64,000 nucleotides of DNA from Geopsychrobacteraceae bacterium. GTDB lineage: Bacteria > Desulfobacterota > Desulfuromonadia > Desulfuromonadales > Geopsychrobacteraceae. Position numbers and translations under genes: made by a program. This document shows, one piece after another, positions 28,485-38,621 of the stretch. Within the stretch, counting starts at the first letter, position 1. Every line of letters starts with the position of its first letter. The notes below the pieces were generated by a model that had not been told where the DNA came from, did not search any database, and saw only the letters and a program-made list of their open reading frames with translations. The DNA lies in NCBI GenBank assembly GCA_963662315.1, contig OY759353.1, forward strand, positions 3,040,001 to 3,104,000, written 5' to 3'.

Positions 28485-29048
28485 ATGCGTCTTTTTTTGC
28501 TATCATTGGCCTTTTTATTATTCAGTGTGTCTTTGTCGTGTGCTGCCCCCAGGGTTGAAATGAAAACCTCCGCAGGGACTATGATTATTGAACTGAATCA
28601 GGAAGCAGCACCGGAAACTGTAAAAAATTTTCTCACTTATGTAACCGAGGGGTTTTATGACGGTACTATTTTTCACCGTGTTATAAAGGGATTTATGATT
28701 CAGGGTGGTGGCTATGATGGATCCGAACAAAGAAAAAGCACCCATGGGCCCATCAGTAATGAAGCAACAAATGGTCTGAAAAATATCAAAGGGACCATTG
28801 CCATGGCTCGAACTGGTGAAGTTAACAGTGCCACAAGTCAATTTTTTATCAATCTTGTTGATAACAGTTTCCTTGATCATCGCGATATGACTCCCCGTGG
28901 TTTCGGCTATGCGGTTTTTGGTCAAGTGATTGAAGGAATGGATGTCGTAGATAAAATTGGTCGAGCCAAAACTTTTGCAAAAAGTAACATGTTTAGAGAT
29001 TTTCCTCAGACACAGATTGTCATTGATTCCGTTAAATTGTTAGACTGA
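28485..29048 (+). CDS. ppiA: Periplasmic cyclophilin-type peptidyl-prolyl isomerase
   Basis: Signal peptide, FYDGTIFHRVIKGFMIQGGG, GTIAMART, ATSQFFIN, YAVFGQV. Confidence 0.93.
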   Translation: MRLFLLSLAFLLFSVSLSCAAPRVEMKTSAGTMIIELNQEAAPETVKNFLTYVTEGFYDGTIFHRVIKGFMIQGGGYDGSEQRKSTHGPISNEATNGLKNIKGTIAMARTGEVNSATSQFFINLVDNSFLDHRDMTPRGFGYAVFGQVIEGMDVVDKIGRAKTFAKSNMFRDFPQTQIVIDSVKLLD

Positions 29049-29109
29049 CGGATCTAGCTGTTTATCAGCTCAAATATTCTCTAACGACGAGAATGTAACC
29101 ATTTGGTTG

Positions 29110-29118
29110 TTATCCACA
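29110..29118 (+). promoter_or_regulatory. Perfect DnaA box
   Basis: TTATCCACA immediately upstream of the RBS of the EEP-family gene. Confidence 0.6.
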
Positions 29119-29129
29119 AAGGGAGCAGG

Positions 29130-29873
29130 ATGACGACGTTCCGGATCATGAGTTACCACATAAACGGAATGCAGGCGAATTCTGGTCGTATTACGCCAGA
29201 TTTGTATGCTCAGGTGATAACCTCCCAGCAGGCAGATATCGTTTTTTTGCAGGGATTAGCTGCGCCGGTTGGCGTCACTTCTGTCAAGCACCTGGCAAAT
29301 CTGGTAAACATGGAAAATTACGGTCCCGTTGAAGAAGGATCCTGCTCTTTTCTTTCCCGTTTCCCCCTTACCAATATTCAGAGTGCCCCACTTGGCTACG
29401 GAGCGCGCTGTCTAAGAGCTGATATTGACCATGAAGGAGGGCGTATCCACCTGTTTAATATTTTGCTGGGCTGGGATGTCTGGCAACGTTATGAACAGGT
29501 AAAAGTTTTCTTAAGTGATCAGGTGCTGAACAATCGATCGCTGCCATGCGGAACTGTCATTGCGGGTGATTTTGGCCTCCCTTTCTGGGAATATGGTGAA
29601 TTTGACCGGGCTCAACTATTAAAACGTGCGGGAAAGCCATTTTTTCATGCCAATTATCCGGCCCAGTTTCCACTCTGGGGGCGTGATCGCATTTATTTAA
29701 GGGGACCCTTAAAGCTACTTAGCTCAAAAGTGATCAAAACTAGCGAAAGCAAAGCTGCATCAGCTCACCTTCCTCTTGTAGCAGATGTTAAGGCTCAGGA
29801 CACACGCACTTTTCTGAAAGTGAAAAGCAGCTCTCCCATCGCGGCAAAGCAACCAAATCCCATCTGTGGATAA
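29130..29873 (+). CDS. Endonuclease/exonuclease/phosphatase (EEP)-fold protein with degenerate catalytic motifs
   Basis: Motif order RIMSYHI, DIVFLQG, LSRFP, IAGDFG, RDRIY, ASAHLPL corresponds to the EEP motifs TYNI/LQE/GDFN/SDHLP. ATG at 29130. Confidence 0.8.
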   Translation: MTTFRIMSYHINGMQANSGRITPDLYAQVITSQQADIVFLQGLAAPVGVTSVKHLANLVNMENYGPVEEGSCSFLSRFPLTNIQSAPLGYGARCLRADIDHEGGRIHLFNILLGWDVWQRYEQVKVFLSDQVLNNRSLPCGTVIAGDFGLPFWEYGEFDRAQLLKRAGKPFFHANYPAQFPLWGRDRIYLRGPLKLLSSKVIKTSESKAASAHLPLVADVKAQDTRTFLKVKSSSPIAAKQPNPICG

Positions 29874-29893
29874 AGCTGTTGATGTGTGGATAA
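29865..29893 (-). promoter_or_regulatory. Pair of perfect DnaA boxes upstream of nth
   Basis: TGTGGATAA at 29865-29873 and 29885-29893 (TTATCCACA on the minus strand). Confidence 0.65.
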
Positions 29894-29906
29894 GTGGATT
29901 TATTCG

Positions 29907-30551
29907 ATGACCCAAAAAACAGAAAATGCGCTGAATATGCTGCGTTCCTTAGAGCGTTTATATCCTCATGCTGAATGTGCCCTGAATTATGAGACACCGT
30001 GGCAGCTGCTTGTTGCGACTATTCTTTCAGCGCAATGCACAGATGTGAGGGTCAATATCGTGACGGAAAGATTGTTCAGGGAGATCCCGGACCCTCAAAG
30101 TATGGCAACAGCAAGTCAACAGGCCGTTGAAGATATAATCCGTACGACGGGATTCTTTCGCAATAAAGCAAAAAATCTGATTACATGCGCTGGGCAGATA
30201 GTCAGAGAGCACAAAGGGAAGGTTCCGGAGACCCTTGAGGAACTTGTGGCGTTGGCAGGAGTGGGACGTAAGACAGCAAACGTTGTACTTGGAAATGCAT
30301 TTCATGTTCCGGGGATGGTAGTGGATACTCATGTTAAAAGACTGGCACGCCGCTTTGGCTGGACCAAAGCTGATGATCCGGAAAAAATTGAACAGGATTT
30401 AAGCAAGTTATTACCCAAAGCAGAGTGGACACAATGCAGTCATACCCTAATAGCGCATGGAAGAGTTTGTTGCAAGGCGCCTGTGCCAAGCTGCAGTCAG
30501 TGTCAAGTAAGTGCGCTATGTCGAAAAGTGGGGGTAAATAAAGCTCGATAA
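29907..30551 (+). CDS. nth: Endonuclease III
   Basis: LLVATILSAQCTD, LAGVGRKTANVVL (HhH), VDTHV, C-terminal CKAPVPSCSQCQVSALC [4Fe-4S] motif. Confidence 0.96.
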   Translation: MTQKTENALNMLRSLERLYPHAECALNYETPWQLLVATILSAQCTDVRVNIVTERLFREIPDPQSMATASQQAVEDIIRTTGFFRNKAKNLITCAGQIVREHKGKVPETLEELVALAGVGRKTANVVLGNAFHVPGMVVDTHVKRLARRFGWTKADDPEKIEQDLSKLLPKAEWTQCSHTLIAHGRVCCKAPVPSCSQCQVSALCRKVGVNKAR

Positions 30552-30614
30552 TAAAAGTATTTAAAAAAGGTTGATTTATTTCTCCTTTGTTGAATATTAT
30601 GGATATCTAATATT

Positions 30615-32354
30615 GTGATTTGTAAGTTTCAGGGGTATTCAGTGTTCGAAAAAAATCAGCTCATCGGTAGTTATTCCATTAAACGCGTTCTTCCTCCGGA
30701 AGGTGCAATTCAGAAGTATTTATCTGAAGACCCTTTTTTTAATACCTCAGTAACCTTGAATATCCTTGATGTCAGACCCCTTTCCCAGGAACAGAAACAC
30801 CTCCTTTTCAGCTTTTTACAAAAGATATTTACCCTTGAGCACGATGCTTTACTGGCAGTTTATGATTCAGGATTTGAATCAGATTATGTTTTTTTTACCA
30901 ATCCTCGCGAGCATAAATGTTCTTTGCTGCAGAGAATGGAACAGGGACTTTCCACTGAAGAATCATTAAATATTTTAAGAAATATTGTTTCTGCTCTTGA
31001 TCGTGCTGCAGAAAACAATCTTACCCATGGATCTCTAACTGCTCAGCAGATTTATTTTTCTCAGAGCGATGTACCTTTTATCGAAAACTTTGGCGTTCAA
31101 CATTATTATTTTTCAGTAATAAATAATGAAAATACAGAGTATCCATTAAAAAATGTTTTTTCTGATATTGATAATTTATTCTTAAAATTAAGAATTTCAG
31201 TGACGGATAAAAATGTAATAAAACCGTACATAAATAATGAATTGGATAATTTATCTAAAAAACTAAAAGATACTTATAAATATAAAATAAACAGTATTCA
31301 TCAGATTATTAAAGAAATTGATAATATTATATCGAATTTTAACATCGATGATAATCACGTAGAAAATTTATCAGAAGATAGATTCGATATTAATAAGCGT
31401 GAGGATGTTCTTCCATTTATAAGAGGTGTCATAGAGGAAAAGAATAAATTAAAGTTTGAAATTATTGAATTGAGAAAAATAAACAAAAGTTATGAACAAA
31501 AACTCTTAGAGTGTGAAAATAAAAGTAAATATATAGAAAATAATAAAAATTTAACAATAAGCTATGATAGTGAAAATAATCGAAAATATTACATCACGAT
31601 TTTGGTTAGTTTTATATTCGGTATATTTATTACCACTATATTCATGAAATCATTCAATTTCCATGAGATTGAAAAATTAGATAACGCTAGATCAGATGCT
31701 AAAATTGTAAAAATACAGGACCCTATTTTTGAAAATTCTGCATTAGCAGCTGAAAAGGATATCAATAAAAATACTAATGAAAAAGTTGAAAACATTCCTG
31801 CTGGTGTTTCTGCTTCTAAGGTAAATGCGGAAAGTTTTCAGGCACCCGAACCGCTATCCCAAGTACCCGCACCGGGTCTGGAAAAAGAAGACAAACAGGA
31901 AAAAAGGCTGTTTGTCGAAACTCGCAACTGGTGGCCAAAAGGGGAGGAATTTCGCGATCCTGTACCACTTAAAGAGCAAAAAATAACAAGTCATAATGGT
32001 TTAACTGACATAGAAGCCGAAGCTGTCTTTAATCAGCTTATTAATTGGGCTGGCGCATGGGAAAAGCAGGATATTGATACCTATCTTGCCTGCTACAGCG
32101 ACAAATTTATTCCTCCTGGTCACAGGGGGTTGGAAGCCTGGAAAAAACTGAGACGCTCCCGCATAGCAAAGCCTGATTGGATAAAAGTTTTTATTCAAAA
32201 CATCTCAATGAGTAAATTATCTGCATCTGATGTGACAGTTGAATTTCAACAGGACTATCTGTCAGATACTTTTGAAGATCAGAGTATTAAGGTCGTTACT
32301 TTGTCTAAAAATGGGAATGCCTGGCTTATTACATCAGAAAAATCACTTCAATAG
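30615..32354 (+). CDS. Degenerate Ser/Thr-kinase-like domain, coiled coil, TM helix and periplasmic NTF2-like (Csd6 C-terminal-like) domain
   Basis: LEHDALLAVYDSG and THGSLTAQQIYF..IENFG (kinase subdomain remnants), TM YYITILVSFIFGIFITTIF, C-terminal WAGAWEKQDIDTYLACYS...VEFQQDYLSDTFED...WLITSEK. Confidence 0.7.
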   Translation: MICKFQGYSVFEKNQLIGSYSIKRVLPPEGAIQKYLSEDPFFNTSVTLNILDVRPLSQEQKHLLFSFLQKIFTLEHDALLAVYDSGFESDYVFFTNPREHKCSLLQRMEQGLSTEESLNILRNIVSALDRAAENNLTHGSLTAQQIYFSQSDVPFIENFGVQHYYFSVINNENTEYPLKNVFSDIDNLFLKLRISVTDKNVIKPYINNELDNLSKKLKDTYKYKINSIHQIIKEIDNIISNFNIDDNHVENLSEDRFDINKREDVLPFIRGVIEEKNKLKFEIIELRKINKSYEQKLLECENKSKYIENNKNLTISYDSENNRKYYITILVSFIFGIFITTIFMKSFNFHEIEKLDNARSDAKIVKIQDPIFENSALAAEKDINKNTNEKVENIPAGVSASKVNAESFQAPEPLSQVPAPGLEKEDKQEKRLFVETRNWWPKGEEFRDPVPLKEQKITSHNGLTDIEAEAVFNQLINWAGAWEKQDIDTYLACYSDKFIPPGHRGLEAWKKLRRSRIAKPDWIKVFIQNISMSKLSASDVTVEFQQDYLSDTFEDQSIKVVTLSKNGNAWLITSEKSLQ

Positions 32355-32376
32355 AGTTATATTTTTCTGCTCAGAT

Positions 32377-32410
32377 AAAAAAAGCTCCGTGCAGGCACGG
32401 AGCTTTTTTT
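32377..32410. terminator. Bidirectional intrinsic terminator
   Basis: A7-GCTCCGTGC-AG-GCACGGAGC-T7 between convergent genes. Confidence 0.88.
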
Positions 32411-32480
32411 ACTGGTCTACCCTCAAAACAATAATAATTATAGCGAAGTCAGCCTGATGGAGCTGACATTCATAAAAAAA

Positions 32481-32681
32481 TCAGACCTTGGTAACGTTGG
32501 CTGATTGTGGTCCTTTTTCGCCTTGAATCACGTCAAATTTTACACGATCACCTTCGGCCAGAGATTTGAAGCCTTCAGACTGAATCGCTGAAAAGTGTAC
32601 AAAAACATCTGGGCCATTGTCTTGCTCAATGAAACCGAAACCTTTAGAGTCGTTAAACCATTTAACTGTACCTTCTGCCAT
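32481..32681 (-). CDS. csp: Cold-shock protein (CspA family)
   Basis: [18 protein letters not shown]...[12 protein letters not shown] at 32681 with AGGAG RBS. Confidence 0.97.
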   Translation of the reverse strand: MAEGTVKWFNDSKGFGFIEQDNGPDVFVHFSAIQSEGFKSLAEGDRVKFDVIQGEKGPQSANVTKV

Positions 32682-32835
32682 GCTTTTACTCCTTATGCTT
32701 TTCCGAGGGCAACCGAGACACGATACTTGCGCTTCTAGCATAAGAGTCTTTTAAAAACAACGTTATTTTTTTATGCGCAGATAATAAATGGTAAAAAATG
32801 CGTAAAAAAGTGGAAAAAAATAATATTTTTTTTAA

Positions 32836-32853
32836 TTCTCATAAAAAACTAAC
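32836..32853 (+). promoter_or_regulatory. Pho-box-like direct repeat upstream of phoB
   Basis: TTCTCAT-AAAA-AACTAAC (11-bp period), then 10 nt, then GATTTT. Confidence 0.55.
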
Positions 32854-32904
32854 AATTATCAACGATTTTCTTTTATCTTTTTATAAGAAAAGAAGAGGGA
32901 ATCT

Positions 32905-33606
32905 ATGAAAGAAACTAAAAAAACAGTTTTGGTTGTTGAGGATGAAGAAGATATTCTGGCATTGCTTCATTTTAATCTTATCAAAGCTGGTTATGAAGTT
33001 ATTTGTGCGATCTGTGGTGAAGAAGGTCTCAAAAGTGTCAGTGAGCATAAACCTGATATGGTGTTGCTTGATCTCATGTTGCCCGGTATTGACGGACTGG
33101 AAATATGTCGGCGCTTGCGTAGTCAGGATAGTACGAAGGATACCCCTATCATCATGCTGACAGCCAAGGGTGAAGAGAGTGATGTCGTCAAAGGCCTTGA
33201 GCTGGGAGCTGACGATTATGTTACTAAACCGTTTAGCATCAAGGTGTTACTGGCCCGGGTGAATACGGTGATTCGGCGGCGCAGCGAGCATACGGAAGCT
33301 TCCGAGACAGATGAAATTGTCTTTGATCAGCTCATGATTCATCGCGGTCGCAATACGGTACAGGTTGCCGGTGAAAGTATTGAATTGACCTATACCGAAT
33401 TTCGCGTGCTGGTTGCCTTGGCAACCCGTCCCGGGTGGGTTTTCACCCGCTACCAGATTGTCAATGCGGTCCGCGGCGAAGATTATGCCGTAACAGATCG
33501 GGCTGTTGATGTACAGATTGCCGGATTACGTAAAAAGCTTGGCCCCTGCGGTCACTATATTGAGACTGTACGCGGCGTTGGTTACCGTTTTCGGGAGGCA
33601 GCATGA
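32905..33606 (+). CDS. phoB: OmpR/PhoB-family response regulator, probably PhoB
   Basis: REC (VVEDE, LLDLMLPG, IIMLTAKGEE, GADDYVTKPF) plus winged helix (DRAVDVQIAGLRKKL..IETVRGVGY); overlaps a PhoR-like kinase. Confidence 0.85.
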   Translation: MKETKKTVLVVEDEEDILALLHFNLIKAGYEVICAICGEEGLKSVSEHKPDMVLLDLMLPGIDGLEICRRLRSQDSTKDTPIIMLTAKGEESDVVKGLELGADDYVTKPFSIKVLLARVNTVIRRRSEHTEASETDEIVFDQLMIHRGRNTVQVAGESIELTYTEFRVLVALATRPGWVFTRYQIVNAVRGEDYAVTDRAVDVQIAGLRKKLGPCGHYIETVRGVGYRFREAA

Positions 33607-35378
33607 AAGCAAGACGGCTTGTCTGGCAGCTTTATCCTACCTATATCCTGCTTAGCCTGTTCGTGCTGTTCGGCTTAGGTTGGTATATTTCTACGGCCCT
33701 GCGCAATTTTCATTATGAACAGACAACTGCGGACCTGAAAGCCAGGGCTCAACTGGTTCGCGAACAGTTTCAGGGGACCTTTGACAGTTCTGAGCGCAGT
33801 TCAATAGCGGAACAGATTAAGTGCTTGGGGCAGAGTTCCGGGACCAGGATAACCATCATCCTTAAAAATGGTGTTGTTATTGCGGACTCCGATGAAGATA
33901 TCACGAAAATGGAGAATCATAGTCACCGACCTGAAATAGTGGCTGCCTTGGCTGGTGATTATGGTCAGTCTATCCGTTTCAGCCGCACTCTGGGACAGAC
34001 ATTGATGTATGTAGCGATCCCCTTCTCCTCTGAATCACAGGTGCTGGGAACGGTACGGACGGCCATATCCATTTCTGACATTGATGATACTCTCGGTACC
34101 ATTCATCAGCGTTTGCTGCTGGCCGGTTTTATTATTGTATTGCTAGCAGTGCCGGTATCCTGGTGGTTGTCACGCCGTATCAGTCGTCCTCTTGAAGTGA
34201 TGACCAGTGCAGCACAACGTTTTTCCCAGGGCGAGCTGGAAAAACCCTTATCGGTTACTGGTTCCCTGGAAACACGGCGTCTGGCTAATGCCATGAACCA
34301 TATGGCTTCCGATCTTGCAGACCTTATTCACCGTGAAGTTGAGCAGCGTGGTGAAATAGAAGCAATTCTCGGATGTATGGTTGAAGGGATCATCGCGGTT
34401 GATAACGACGAACGTGTCATTCGCATGAATTCGGCTACCGCCAGGTTGTTTGGTATCAGCGTCAATTTTCAGACCGGTCGCCCTATTCATGAACTGATCA
34501 GAAATTCGGAATTGCAACGTTTTATCCGTCGCTCCCTTAACCTGCAGGAACCCCTCGAAGAGGAGTTGACTCTGCTGGATACGGAAAAGCGCTATCTGCA
34601 TGCTCAGTCAGCTCCCTTGACCGGCAAATTGAATGAGCGTATCGGGGTTCTTATCGTATTGCACGATCTGACCCGTTTACGTCAGCTCGAGTCGGTCCGG
34701 CGTGATTTTGTCGCCAACGTTTCCCATGAGTTGAAAACCCCGATCACCGCTATTCGTGGAGCTGTTGAAACGCTGCTTGATGAAGATGATATTGATGCAA
34801 CCAGTCAACGTTTTCTCGATATCATCTTTAAACAGAGTGAACGTTTAAATGCGCTGGTAGAAGATCTGCTCGATCTGTCACGCATTGAACAGGGAGTAAC
34901 CGAAGGTGGCTGGGAACTGCAGCAGGGGCCGGTCAAACCAATTCTCGAAAGTGCCCGCAATGCCTGTGAATCGATGATCAGCCAGCAAAATATCACGTTG
35001 CAGATCAATTGCCCGGAAGGGATCAAGGCAAAAGTGAACCAGAGCCTGCTCGAACAGGCTATCATCAATCTGCTCAGCAACGCGGTGAAATACAGTCCAG
35101 TAGGCAGTAACGTCATCATGGAAGCAACGGAAGATGTCGACCAGGTTTTGATTCATGTTAAAGATGCCGGTCCTGGTATCGCAGAAGAACATTTACCCCG
35201 ATTATTTGAACGTTTCTATCGGATCGATCTCGCCCGCAGCAGGGCGCTTGGTGGTACCGGTCTGGGTTTGGCGATTGTCAAACATATTGCTCTGGCGCAT
35301 CAGGGAAATGTTTTCGTCGACAGCACAGTTGGAAAAGGGAGTACCTTTACCATCGCACTTCCAAAGAAAAAGTCCTGA
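33603..35378 (+). CDS. phoR: PhoR-like sensor histidine kinase (TM-periplasmic-TM-HAMP-PAS-HisKA-HATPase)
   Basis: MENHSHRPEI periplasmic motif, [39 protein letters not shown]. Confidence 0.87.
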   Translation: MKARRLVWQLYPTYILLSLFVLFGLGWYISTALRNFHYEQTTADLKARAQLVREQFQGTFDSSERSSIAEQIKCLGQSSGTRITIILKNGVVIADSDEDITKMENHSHRPEIVAALAGDYGQSIRFSRTLGQTLMYVAIPFSSESQVLGTVRTAISISDIDDTLGTIHQRLLLAGFIIVLLAVPVSWWLSRRISRPLEVMTSAAQRFSQGELEKPLSVTGSLETRRLANAMNHMASDLADLIHREVEQRGEIEAILGCMVEGIIAVDNDERVIRMNSATARLFGISVNFQTGRPIHELIRNSELQRFIRRSLNLQEPLEEELTLLDTEKRYLHAQSAPLTGKLNERIGVLIVLHDLTRLRQLESVRRDFVANVSHELKTPITAIRGAVETLLDEDDIDATSQRFLDIIFKQSERLNALVEDLLDLSRIEQGVTEGGWELQQGPVKPILESARNACESMISQQNITLQINCPEGIKAKVNQSLLEQAIINLLSNAVKYSPVGSNVIMEATEDVDQVLIHVKDAGPGIAEEHLPRLFERFYRIDLARSRALGGTGLGLAIVKHIALAHQGNVFVDSTVGKGSTFTIALPKKKS

Positions 35379-35403
35379 AAAACAAGACGATAAATGAATA
35401 ATG

Positions 35404-35440
35404 AACCCCTCTTACCCGCGTGGTGAGAGGGGTTTTTATT
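35404..35440 (+). terminator. Intrinsic terminator after phoR
   Basis: AACCCCTCTTACC-CGCGT-GGTGAGAGGGGTT followed by TTTATT. Confidence 0.8.
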
Positions 35441-35608
35441 TAATTTTCCAACAAAAAGAGGTGGGGAACTATCGTTTTCCGATAAAAATGTTTTAGAATT
35501 AACACATTGACTGGTCACCTGAATCAACGAAGAGTTCGGGGCTTAAAATCAATTTCACGAATTTCCGGCGATTCAGGTCTATAACCATACTTTTTAGAGG
35601 AGAGACGA

Positions 35609-38263
35609 ATGGCGGGAAATTCATTTAACACTCAGAAAACTCTCAATGTCTCCGGACAAAAATATCAGTACCACAGTCTGCAGGCCGCAGCTAAGGCGGG
35701 ACTTGTGGGGCTGGAAAAACTTCCGTTTACGATTAAAGTGCTATTGGAGAACCTGCTGCGCAAAGAGGATGGCGCCAGCGTTACAGCTGAAGATATTAAA
35801 GCGGTCGCAGCCTGGCAGCCACAGCAGTCACAGGATAGTGAAATATCGTTCAGTCCGGCGCGGGTCCTGATGCAAGATTTTACCGGCGTACCTGCCATTG
35901 TCGATCTTGCCGCAATGCGTGATGCCGTGGCGCGCAATGGTGGCGATCCGGCAAAAATCAATCCTCAGATTCCTGTGGACCTCGTCATTGACCACTCAGT
36001 TATGGTTGATCAGTATGGTAATTCGGGAGCTTTTGCCGCCAATGTCGACAAAGAGATGGAGCGCAACCGTGAACGCTATGCCTTCCTGCGCTGGGGGCAA
36101 AAAGCGTTCGATAACTTCCGCGTTGTACCGCCGGGCACCGGAATCTGCCATCAGGTCAACCTGGAATATCTGGCCCAGGCGGTGTGGAGTGAAAGTAAGG
36201 GTGGCGAAAAATGGGCCTACCCGGACACCCTGGTAGGTACTGACAGTCACACGACGATGATCAACGGCCTTGGCGTTCTTGGTTGGGGGGTCGGCGGGAT
36301 TGAAGCTGAAGCGGCTATGCTGGGGCAACCAATCTCCATGCTGGTCCCAGAAGTTGTCGGCTTCCGCTTGACCGGTGCTTTGGGTGAAGGGGTTACCGCA
36401 ACCGACCTGGTCCTCACTGTAACGCAGATGCTGCGCAAGCATGGGGTCGTCGGTAAATTCGTTGAATTTTTTGGGGCTGGCCTGTCTCAGTTGCCACTGG
36501 CCGATCGCGCCACTATTGCGAACATGGCTCCGGAATACGGCGCCACCTGTGGATTCTTTCCCATTGATCGCATAACCCTCGACTACCTTGCCCTGTCAGG
36601 GCGCAGTCAGGAGACGATCGACCTGGTTGAAGCCTATTGCAAGGAACAGGGGCTCTGGCGGACTGATGAGTTGGCTGATCCGGCCTACAGTTCTGTACTG
36701 GAGCTTGATCTTGGTTCGGTAAAGCCGAGTCTGGCCGGTCCTAAACGACCACAGGATAAGGTTCTGCTTGAGGAAATGCGCAGTGCGACAGAGGCTGTAC
36801 TTCCCGAACAGGATCGGGATAAAGGCGTTGCTATTCCTGGTAGCAGTGACGAGCTGAACCATGGAGATGTCGTTATTGCCGCCATTACCTCCTGCACCAA
36901 CACCTCAAACCCCGCTGTTATGATGGCGGCCGGGCTGGTTGCCAAGAAAGCAGTAGAAAAAGGTCTGAAGCAGAAATCCTGGGTAAAAACTTCTCTTGCC
37001 CCCGGATCCAAAGTTGTGACCGATTACCTGGCCAAGGCCGGACTTCAGAGTTATCTGGATAGCCTCGGTTTCAATATTGTTGGCTATGGCTGTACGACCT
37101 GTATCGGCAACTCCGGCCCGCTGACCGGTGCGATTGCCGATGCTATTGATGTCGGCGATATGACCGTGTGTTCGGTTTTGTCAGGGAACCGAAATTTCGA
37201 AGGACGTATCCATGCTCAAACCAAGGCTAATTGGCTGGCGTCCCCTCCCCTGGTTGTTGCTTTTGCCCTGGCCGGAACGACCCGCATCGATTTAACCAGC
37301 GAGCCGGTTGGCCATGATCAGGCCGGTGCTCCGGTTTACCTGAAGGATATCTGGCCCAGCAATGCTGAAGTTGCGGAAATGGTCGCCCTGGTGAATGCCC
37401 AGATGTTCCAGAAAGAATATGCAGAGGTGTTTAATGGCGATGAAACCTGGCGTAACCTGCCGGTGCCGGATGGCTTGACTTACGCGTGGGAAGACAAGTC
37501 AACTTACATCCGTCTCCCCTCTTTCTTTGATGAATTGAAGGTCACCGACACCTATCCCGGATTTGATCAGGCCAGGATGCTCGCCTTGTTGGGGGATTCC
37601 ATAACCACCGATCATATTTCACCAGCCGGTGCGATTAAGTCCAGCAGTCCAGCAGGACAGTACCTTAGGCAAAATGGTGTTGATGAGAGGGATTTCAATT
37701 CCTATGGTTCACGGCGTGGTAATCACGAAGTGATGATGCGCGGAACCTTTGCCAACATCCGTCTGCGTAATAAAATGCTGCCGGGAGTCGAAGGAGGAGT
37801 GACGAAATACTTAAAAACCGGGTCCGAGATGAGCATCTATGATGCCTCGAGTCTCTATCAGCAGGATGGCGTGCCACTGGTTATTGTTGCCGGCAAGGAA
37901 TATGGAACCGGTTCCAGCCGTGACTGGGCGGCCAAGGGAACCTTGCTTCTGGGCGTTAAGGCGGTTTTGGCTGAAAGTTATGAACGGATTCATCGTTCAA
38001 ACCTGGTTGGCATGGGTATCCTTCCCCTGCAGTTTCAGGATGGCATGTCAGCTGAAAGCCTTGCCCTTGATGGCAGTGAAAGTCTGAGTCTTGAGCCGGT
38101 TTCAGGGTTAAAAGCCAAGCAGACATTGACGATCACTGTTACTAAAGCTGATGGCCAGCAGCTGAAAATTGACGTTTTGTGTCGTCTTGATACCGATCAG
38201 GAAGTGACCTACTTCCGCCACGGTGGCATTTTGAATTATGTGCTGATGACGCTTATGAAATAA
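35609..38263 (+). CDS. acnA: Aconitate hydratase A
   Basis: [52 protein letters not shown]. Confidence 0.98.
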   Translation: MAGNSFNTQKTLNVSGQKYQYHSLQAAAKAGLVGLEKLPFTIKVLLENLLRKEDGASVTAEDIKAVAAWQPQQSQDSEISFSPARVLMQDFTGVPAIVDLAAMRDAVARNGGDPAKINPQIPVDLVIDHSVMVDQYGNSGAFAANVDKEMERNRERYAFLRWGQKAFDNFRVVPPGTGICHQVNLEYLAQAVWSESKGGEKWAYPDTLVGTDSHTTMINGLGVLGWGVGGIEAEAAMLGQPISMLVPEVVGFRLTGALGEGVTATDLVLTVTQMLRKHGVVGKFVEFFGAGLSQLPLADRATIANMAPEYGATCGFFPIDRITLDYLALSGRSQETIDLVEAYCKEQGLWRTDELADPAYSSVLELDLGSVKPSLAGPKRPQDKVLLEEMRSATEAVLPEQDRDKGVAIPGSSDELNHGDVVIAAITSCTNTSNPAVMMAAGLVAKKAVEKGLKQKSWVKTSLAPGSKVVTDYLAKAGLQSYLDSLGFNIVGYGCTTCIGNSGPLTGAIADAIDVGDMTVCSVLSGNRNFEGRIHAQTKANWLASPPLVVAFALAGTTRIDLTSEPVGHDQAGAPVYLKDIWPSNAEVAEMVALVNAQMFQKEYAEVFNGDETWRNLPVPDGLTYAWEDKSTYIRLPSFFDELKVTDTYPGFDQARMLALLGDSITTDHISPAGAIKSSSPAGQYLRQNGVDERDFNSYGSRRGNHEVMMRGTFANIRLRNKMLPGVEGGVTKYLKTGSEMSIYDASSLYQQDGVPLVIVAGKEYGTGSSRDWAAKGTLLLGVKAVLAESYERIHRSNLVGMGILPLQFQDGMSAESLALDGSESLSLEPVSGLKAKQTLTITVTKADGQQLKIDVLCRLDTDQEVTYFRHGGILNYVLMTLMK

Positions 38264-38275
38264 GAATACCTCTAT

Positions 38276-38317
38276 ACAGCGCAGGGCAGTTTTTCAGCCC
38301 TGTGCTGTCTGCCTTTT
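38276..38317 (+). terminator. Probable terminator after acnA
   Basis: ACAGCGCAGGGC...GCCCTGTGCTGT stem followed by CTGCCTTTT. Confidence 0.6.
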
Positions 38318-38441
38318 GTCTTATCCCCTTTGTTATTTTCTGTTAAATTATGTGTCCCTTTGTTGAGAAACTAACAAGCAGCGCTATACTCGAGAGAGTT
38401 GAAAAACAACAATCATTATTTATATAGGTTGGAGAAAAGCG

Positions 38442-38621
38442 ATGAATATGAAAGAGATCAAGGAAGTGGCAAAAGACCGCGGTGTTAAACCTGGACGTCT
38501 GAAAAAAGTTGAATTAATCCGGGAAATACAAGGAGCTGAGGGGAACCCTCAGTGTTTTAATACCGATTTTTCAGATCAGTGTGGGCAGCCGGATTGTCTC
38601 TGGCGTTCTGAGTGCTCCTGA
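38442..38621 (+). CDS. Small SAP/Rho-N-like protein with C-terminal four-Cys motif (59 aa)
   Basis: Manual translation MNMKEIKEVAKDRGVKPGRLKKVELIREIQGAEGNPQCFNTDFSDQCGQPDCLWRSECS*, GGAG RBS; below the ORF-track cutoff. Confidence 0.85.
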   Translation: MNMKEIKEVAKDRGVKPGRLKKVELIREIQGAEGNPQCFNTDFSDQCGQPDCLWRSECS

